From the NCBI GenBank assembly GCA_016845345.1, contig JAERSV010000004.1, positions 2,083 through 66,082 on the forward strand: 64,000 bases of DNA, written 5' to 3'. Shown in pieces: positions 58,602-64,000 of the stretch. Both the position numbers and the translations under genes were made by a program. Positions within the stretch are counted from its first letter, which is position 1, and the number at the start of each line of letters is the position of its first letter. Below the pieces are notes generated by a model, which saw only the letters and a list, made by a program, of their open reading frames with translations, searched no databases and was not told where the DNA came from. This stretch comes from Methanobacteriota archaeon. GTDB lineage: Archaea; Thermoplasmatota; Poseidoniia; Poseidoniales; Thalassarchaeaceae.

Positions 58602-60260
58602 ATGAGGTATGTTATCGTCAGCGGGGGAGTGCTTTCTGGATTGGGTAAAGGGGTCACCGCGAGTAGCATTGGAATGCTGTTGAAATCTCTTGGATATCGG
58701 GTGACTGCAATCAAAATTGACCCCTACTTAAACAGCGACGCTGGAACCATGAGTCCGTTTGAACATGGTGAAGTATTCGTCCTCGATGATGGCGGAGAAG
58801 TTGATTTGGATTTGGGTAATTATGAGCGATTTCTTGACATCACCCTAACTCGTGACAACAATTTGACCACCGGAAAAGTGTATGCGAACGTGATTGAGGG
58901 TGAGAGAAGAGGAGATTACCTAGGTAAAACCGTACAAGTCGTACCACACATCACTAATGAGATTCAAGATTGGATGGATAGAGTTGCTTCTATCCCAGTT
59001 GATGGTAACGGCGATGAGCCTGATGTTTGCATAGTAGAATTGGGCGGAACAGTAGGCGATATTGAGAGCGCACCTTTTGTTGAAGCCTTGCGTCAGTTTC
59101 AATTCAGAGTTGGAAAGGAAAATTTTGTCTTAGTTCATGTTAGTCTAGTGCCTGTGGTAGGTGTAGTAGGGGAACAAAAAACCAAACCAACCCAACACAC
59201 AGTCAAGGAGTTACGTGCCGCGGGACTTTCTCCAGACTTCCTAGTTTGTCGTTCAGAAGAACCACTCGAACAAGCAACAAAAGACAAGTTAGCCTTGTTT
59301 TGTCACGTGTCTCCATCTCACATTCTCAGTGCTCATGATGTATCCAATTTATACCGCGTTCCATTACTTCTTGAGGAGCAGAATACAACAGCAATGATTG
59401 CCGAAAAACTTGGATTAGAGATGACTGCTGACAGGCCTCAATTGGATGCATGGAGGGAAATGGCCGACCATGTGGATTCCCTTGAAAACGAAGTCACAAT
59501 TGCCATGGTCGGCAAATACACCGGGCTTACAGATTCATATCTTAGTGTAATCAAGGCTTTACAGCATTCAGCATTCAAGGTTGGAGCCAAGATGAATATT
59601 AGTTGGGTAGATGCAACCGGTCTTGAGCCGGAATCCGAATCAAAAGACCCTGAACTTTATGCCAAATCTTGGCAAGACCTGAAAGCCGCCGATGGAGTAC
59701 TTGTTCCAGGTGGATTTGGTAATCGTGGAATTGAAGGTATGATACTCGCAGCCCAGTATGCAAGAGAGAATCATGTCCCATATCTAGGCGTATGCCTTGG
59801 ATTACAAGTTGCAGTCATCGAATTTACTCGGAATGTATTAGGAAAAGCAGGTGCGAATAGCACAGAGTTTGACGAGGATACACCACACCCTGCAGTCATA
59901 TTCATGCCAGAGGGAAGTCGCACACACATGGGAGGCACCATGCGATTAGGAAGTCGCCAAACAAATATCCAAACAGAGGACTGTGCGGCTGTAAGATTGT
60001 ATGATGGAGCAACTGAAATCCACGAACGACATCGTCATCGCTACGAAGTAAATCCAGATATGATTGCAGATCTTGAATCAGCAGGACTTCAATTCGTCGG
60101 AAAAGACACTGAGGCACAACGCATGGAAATCATTGAATTAGCCGGACATAAATTCTTCTTTGGAACTCAATATCATCCAGAATTCAAGAGCCGGCCAAAC
60201 CGGCCAAGTCCGCCATTCTTTGGATTAGTTGAAGCGGCTTTTGCCAGCCAAACAAATTAG
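58602..60260 (+). CDS. pyrG: CTP synthase
   Basis: [41 protein letters not shown] and HPEF. Confidence 0.98.
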   Translation: MRYVIVSGGVLSGLGKGVTASSIGMLLKSLGYRVTAIKIDPYLNSDAGTMSPFEHGEVFVLDDGGEVDLDLGNYERFLDITLTRDNNLTTGKVYANVIEGERRGDYLGKTVQVVPHITNEIQDWMDRVASIPVDGNGDEPDVCIVELGGTVGDIESAPFVEALRQFQFRVGKENFVLVHVSLVPVVGVVGEQKTKPTQHTVKELRAAGLSPDFLVCRSEEPLEQATKDKLALFCHVSPSHILSAHDVSNLYRVPLLLEEQNTTAMIAEKLGLEMTADRPQLDAWREMADHVDSLENEVTIAMVGKYTGLTDSYLSVIKALQHSAFKVGAKMNISWVDATGLEPESESKDPELYAKSWQDLKAADGVLVPGGFGNRGIEGMILAAQYARENHVPYLGVCLGLQVAVIEFTRNVLGKAGANSTEFDEDTPHPAVIFMPEGSRTHMGGTMRLGSRQTNIQTEDCAAVRLYDGATEIHERHRHRYEVNPDMIADLESAGLQFVGKDTEAQRMEIIELAGHKFFFGTQYHPEFKSRPNRPSPPFFGLVEAAFASQTN

Positions 60261-60361
60261 TTCAAACAAGTCGCGATTCTTGTTTGATTTATCCTAAATG
60301 CTGAAAGGCGCCGAGCCGATTCTGCCGAAAATCTCCAGCCGAACTGGCACAAAGGCTTTGG

Positions 60362-61495
60362 TTAATCTTGAGAGACTTTGATGAGTCTAGTAGTACGATA
60401 GCCTTGCAATACTTTGAGGTATTTTTTGTCCTTGAAATCCCCATCTAACCCCTCATCACCAGTATCAATTCTAAGGCTCGTTAGTGTTAGTAACTTGGCA
60501 GGAGTGGCTATCCCAAGAACTTGGCTAATCCCCACTTTTTGAATCACATTTGCAGAAATTTGCAGGTTCCCTCTACCAATTAAGAACCCCTGTCCTCCCA
60601 TCGGTGAGAGCATTATCAGCGCTTTTCCACTGTGATTATTGAGTAAATCCATCAAGGCTGTTTCATTAACATCAGACGCAATGATTTTTCCACCCATCAC
60701 GACATCAATTCCAAGCACAGTTTTGCTCATCCCGAGATGTTTAGCCATTCTTCTCAAGGTTCCACCAGAACCCCACACGATAGCAAGGGTTTCATCTTCT
60801 TGCATCATTTCACCGACATGGTCAGCAATTCCTTCAATGATATCTGATTCATCTGCCGCTTCCATTCGTTGTTTTGAACCTTGCATCCAGCGTGGTGAAG
60901 ACGGAGTCATGGCTTCTGCATACAGTCGGACCTTCCATTCGCCTTTGAGATAAGCATCTTCATCTAAATCCATAACTTCGGTATTTGCTATCAACAAATC
61001 ACCATCCAACCACGCTGATAAAACTTCAGCGGCGGCCTTCGGAGAGGCAGCAAAGCAACCTGAATGCATTTTGACTCCACTTGGAACCCCAATAATCGGA
61101 AGTTCTTCACAATCTAATTCTTGCAAGGTTGAAATTATGTCGCGTGTAGTTCCGTCTCCACCTGCATAAAGAAGCAAATCGATTTCTTTCTCAACCATTG
61201 CGCGTACAGCATGTTGAGTGTCTTCAGCAGAACTCGGTTCCGCTCCGAGAATAGTTTCCACATCAGCAAATTCACGAGGTAACCAAGTTGACCCCATTCG
61301 CCCTTCACACGTGAGAAAATTAACCTCTTTTTCTCCTAGTTCAACAAAACGTGACAACGTTTGGCTCATCCGTGGCCCTGCCCTATCTTCTGCACCCGCT
61401 AATCGTGCTTCTTCTGCTCTGCCATCACTACCCTTGAATCCAAGTCTGCCACCCAAGCCAGCATCAGGATTTACGAGTATGCCGACCAAGGTCAT
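60362..61495 (-). CDS. ATP-NAD kinase-like protein (AcoX-type)
   Basis: NPDAGLGG, KGSD, GGDGTTRD, GVKMHSG and GQGFLIGRGNLQ. Confidence 0.85.
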   Translation of the reverse strand: MTLVGILVNPDAGLGGRLGFKGSDGRAEEARLAGAEDRAGPRMSQTLSRFVELGEKEVNFLTCEGRMGSTWLPREFADVETILGAEPSSAEDTQHAVRAMVEKEIDLLLYAGGDGTTRDIISTLQELDCEELPIIGVPSGVKMHSGCFAASPKAAAEVLSAWLDGDLLIANTEVMDLDEDAYLKGEWKVRLYAEAMTPSSPRWMQGSKQRMEAADESDIIEGIADHVGEMMQEDETLAIVWGSGGTLRRMAKHLGMSKTVLGIDVVMGGKIIASDVNETALMDLLNNHSGKALIMLSPMGGQGFLIGRGNLQISANVIQKVGISQVLGIATPAKLLTLTSLRIDTGDEGLDGDFKDKKYLKVLQGYRTTRLIKVSQD

Positions 61496-61651
61496 GGTTC
61501 GGCGAAGTGATGTCACTTCATCAAGGCTATTGATGTGTATTTGGGATTCGGATATTTGCATTAATTTTGCTTTACAATGTCCTTTTTGTGGTTAGACAAT
61601 CGGCCAACGCATTGAAGGGGTCATTGATAATCGCGAGGTGCGGCGTGTATC

Positions 61652-63706
61652 ATGGCAAGCGGTAGTAAGAACTCTGGAAAGACAGTAGAAGATGTCTTCA
61701 AGAGTGGTATGGATGACATGATTAAAGCCCGCGAAGAGATGGAAGCCGCCGCTTCACAAGTTGATGAGTCGCCTGTAGTAGTTGAGTCTCCACCAGTTGA
61801 GAAAGACCCATTTCTTTCTGGCCCACCAATGCCTGAGCCTGCACCTGAACCAGCTCCAACTGGTCCACCTATGCCTGACCCACTGCTAACTGCTCCAGCA
61901 CCAAGTGCACCACCAATGCCCGAGCCAGCGCCTGAGCCGGCCCCTCCTAGCCCGGCTATGCCAGACCCATTGCTAACTGCTCCAGCACCTGAGCCTGAAC
62001 CGGCCCCAACAGGTCCGCCTATGCCAACATCGGCGCCACCAGCCGATATGTTCCCTCCACATCAGACTCCACCGATGGCTCCCGGTCCACCAATGACAGC
62101 CGCAGGTCCACCAGGAATGCCCCCAATGGCTGGGGCTCCTCCAATGGCTCCCGGTCCACTAATGACAGCCGCAGCTCCACCAGGAATGCCGCCAATGGCT
62201 GGGGCTCCTCCAATGGCTCCCGGTCCACCAATGCCAGCAGAAGGTCCGCCTGGAATGCCGCCAATGACGGGGGCGCCTCCAATGGCTGGAGGCCCGCCAA
62301 TGCCAGCCCCAGCACCACCTGAAATGCCATCAACCGGCCCACAATTAGGAGGCGATTCTTCGGCAATGCCGCCGATGCCTACTGCCCCTCAACCTCAACC
62401 CGATGTCGGTGAAGTCCCAGAATTAACCTCCCCAGAACTCACGCCACCAGAACCAGCGCCAAGCCCTGTTCTTGCAGAGCCTGAACCTGTGTTGGAAGAT
62501 CCACCAATCCAAAGCGTGCAGGTTTTGGTTCCGAAGGAAAAAGTGAAAGTCAAGGATTTTGATGAGTGGGAAGGCCACTTTGACAATGAATGGAGTGGAG
62601 ATGCATCAGTCTATGAAGGAGATGACGCCACACCAGAGCCGGAAGAAAAGTTCGATGACCTAGCATGGGACGCTAATGCACAACCGGTTAAAACCATTCC
62701 AAAACTCCCAACGAAATCAGCCATGGGCAAGATGAAGAAAGGTGAGTTGGTAGCGTTAGCAGAAGGACGAGGTGTAGCAAGTGACGGAACAAAAGCTGTC
62801 CTAATTGACCGCCTTCTTTCACCTGATTCCCCTGCCACTGAAGAAGAATCTGAATCTGAACCACCTGTTGTTGAAGAAAAAGTAGAATCTGAATCGCCTG
62901 CTGTGGAAATACTTGAGGCTGAACCCGAAGAAGTGGTAGCAGAAGAGGTGGAGGAGGAAGCCCTCGCTCCTGTTCAAGAAGAGCCAATAGCCGAAGAAAG
63001 TGAACCTGAAACTGTTGATTTGCTAGCGCTTACAATGCCAACTTTGACAGAAGAAGCACCTGCGCTTGAAACTCCTGCTCTTGATACGCCAGCGCTTGAA
63101 ACGCCCGAGATTGAAGCTCCAGCGCTTGAAACACCTGCAGTGGAAGAAGCCACTTTGGAAGATTCATTGTTAACTCCACCGTTGAGTCCACCTGAGACTC
63201 CACCAGATGGTCCGGGCCCAATGCCGCCAAGTGCTCCACCGATGCCTCCGTCAGGTCCACCAGATGGCCCGGGCCCAATGCCGCCAAGTGCTCCACCGAT
63301 GCCTCCGCCAGGTCCACCAGATGGTCCCGGCCCAATGCCACCAAGCGCTCCACCGATGCCACCAGCAGGTCCTCCAGATGGTCCCGGCCCAATGCCTCCG
63401 GCAGGTCCACCAAGTGGTCCAGGCCCAATGCCGCCAAGTGCTCCACCGATGCCTCCGGCTGGTCCTCCAGATGGTCCCGGCCCGATGCCTCCAGCAGGCC
63501 CACCATCAGGTCCAGGCCCAATGCCACCAAGCGCTCCACCGATGCCACCAGCAGGTCCACCAGATGGTCCGGGCCCCATGCCTCCAAGCGCTCCACCAAT
63601 GCCTCCGGCAGGCCCTCCAGCAGGTGGTCCAGGTCCAATGCCTCCAGCAGGTCCACCAGGCGGCCCACCAAGTGGTCCACCAGAGGAAGCACCTGCTGAT
63701 GAATGA
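61652..63706 (+). CDS. Pro/Met-rich low-complexity protein with a central SAP-like helix-extension-helix domain
   Basis: 684-aa ORF with no signal peptide; segment MGKMKKGELVALAEGRGVASDGTKAVLIDRL. Confidence 0.75.
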   Translation: MASGSKNSGKTVEDVFKSGMDDMIKAREEMEAAASQVDESPVVVESPPVEKDPFLSGPPMPEPAPEPAPTGPPMPDPLLTAPAPSAPPMPEPAPEPAPPSPAMPDPLLTAPAPEPEPAPTGPPMPTSAPPADMFPPHQTPPMAPGPPMTAAGPPGMPPMAGAPPMAPGPLMTAAAPPGMPPMAGAPPMAPGPPMPAEGPPGMPPMTGAPPMAGGPPMPAPAPPEMPSTGPQLGGDSSAMPPMPTAPQPQPDVGEVPELTSPELTPPEPAPSPVLAEPEPVLEDPPIQSVQVLVPKEKVKVKDFDEWEGHFDNEWSGDASVYEGDDATPEPEEKFDDLAWDANAQPVKTIPKLPTKSAMGKMKKGELVALAEGRGVASDGTKAVLIDRLLSPDSPATEEESESEPPVVEEKVESESPAVEILEAEPEEVVAEEVEEEALAPVQEEPIAEESEPETVDLLALTMPTLTEEAPALETPALDTPALETPEIEAPALETPAVEEATLEDSLLTPPLSPPETPPDGPGPMPPSAPPMPPSGPPDGPGPMPPSAPPMPPPGPPDGPGPMPPSAPPMPPAGPPDGPGPMPPAGPPSGPGPMPPSAPPMPPAGPPDGPGPMPPAGPPSGPGPMPPSAPPMPPAGPPDGPGPMPPSAPPMPPAGPPAGGPGPMPPAGPPGGPPSGPPEEAPADE
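61820..62330 (+). repeat. Coding tandem repeats (PPMPEPAPEPAP; ~60-nt units encoding GPPGMPPMAGAPPMAPGPPM)
   Basis: Visible at nucleotide and protein level. Confidence 0.8.
63190..63690 (+). repeat. Coding tandem repeats of 57-nt and 36-nt units (PPDGPGPMPPSAPPMPPAG / PPDGPGPMPPAG)
   Basis: About 10 copies of GPGPMPP, varying mostly at synonymous positions. Confidence 0.9.
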
Positions 63707-63799
63707 GGATTGATTCATTCACTTGTACGCATAAAACTGATTTTTTTTTGCGTGGTGTTGATATGGCTTCGCTAATCCCCGCAGCATGAGGAGAGTGAT

Positions 63800-64000
63800 A
63801 TGTCAATGCTAGAAGTGACTCTTGCCGACGGCACAATTCACGAAATCGCTTCTGGAGTTTCAGCTGGTGAAGTCATCCGCGACGCCTATGGCCGCGGCGC
63901 AGTTGCTGCAATCAAGGATGGCAACCCATGTGACCTATCAACTACAATTGAGGAGTCATGTACACTTGACCAAATCCCCCTTGAAAGCGAGGAGGGTGTC
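63800..64000 (+). CDS. thrS: N-terminal TGS domain, probably threonyl-tRNA synthetase (partial)
   Basis: MSMLEVTLADGTIHEI...AVAAIKDGNPCDL...LESEEGV; GAGGAG SD; runs off the window end. Confidence 0.75.
   Translation, partial: MSMLEVTLADGTIHEIASGVSAGEVIRDAYGRGAVAAIKDGNPCDLSTTIEESCTLDQIPLESEEGV

Noticed and set aside
62974-63836. Collagen-like Gly-rich ORF (62974-63579 minus) and other long alternative-frame ORFs
   Set aside because: These are shadows of the proline repeat on the plus strand; low-complexity repeats lack stops in several frames.

Overview
Archaeal chromosomal segment, most consistent with Marine Group II Euryarchaeota (Poseidoniales, Thermoplasmatota). The assignment is inferred from gene content: Hjc, Alba, Bud32, a thermosome-type chaperonin, DUF6015, a Sec11-type signal peptidase, archaeal type IV pilus genes and very large acidic surface proteins, alongside DnaK and AlkB. 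The window holds about 60 CDS, two tRNA-Gly genes and no CRISPR or IS element. The most notable region is 25.4-42.8 kb. It contains an aliphatic/aromatic catabolic neighbourhood: AlkB, an aldehyde dehydrogenase, crotonases, a 3-hydroxyacyl-CoA dehydrogenase, a BoxB-type di-iron epoxidase, a BoxC-like hydrolase and a PcaF/PaaJ-type thiolase. An ~8 kb respiratory block (32.45-40.52 kb) splits this cluster between boxC and boxB. The block encodes a haem-copper oxidase whose subunit I carries an N-terminal Reeler/choice-of-anchor-V-like CxCH domain, a stand-alone paralogue of that domain, CBS and CopD-like genes (two apparently inactivated) and a Bat/HTH_10 regulator. Six copies of a palindromic CCGAA-N4-TTCGG box lie upstream of the block's transcription units, about 37-50 nt ahead of the start in the five cases where the start can be placed. 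This suggests a self-contained regulon. All product calls come from motif recognition by eye; no database searches were run.
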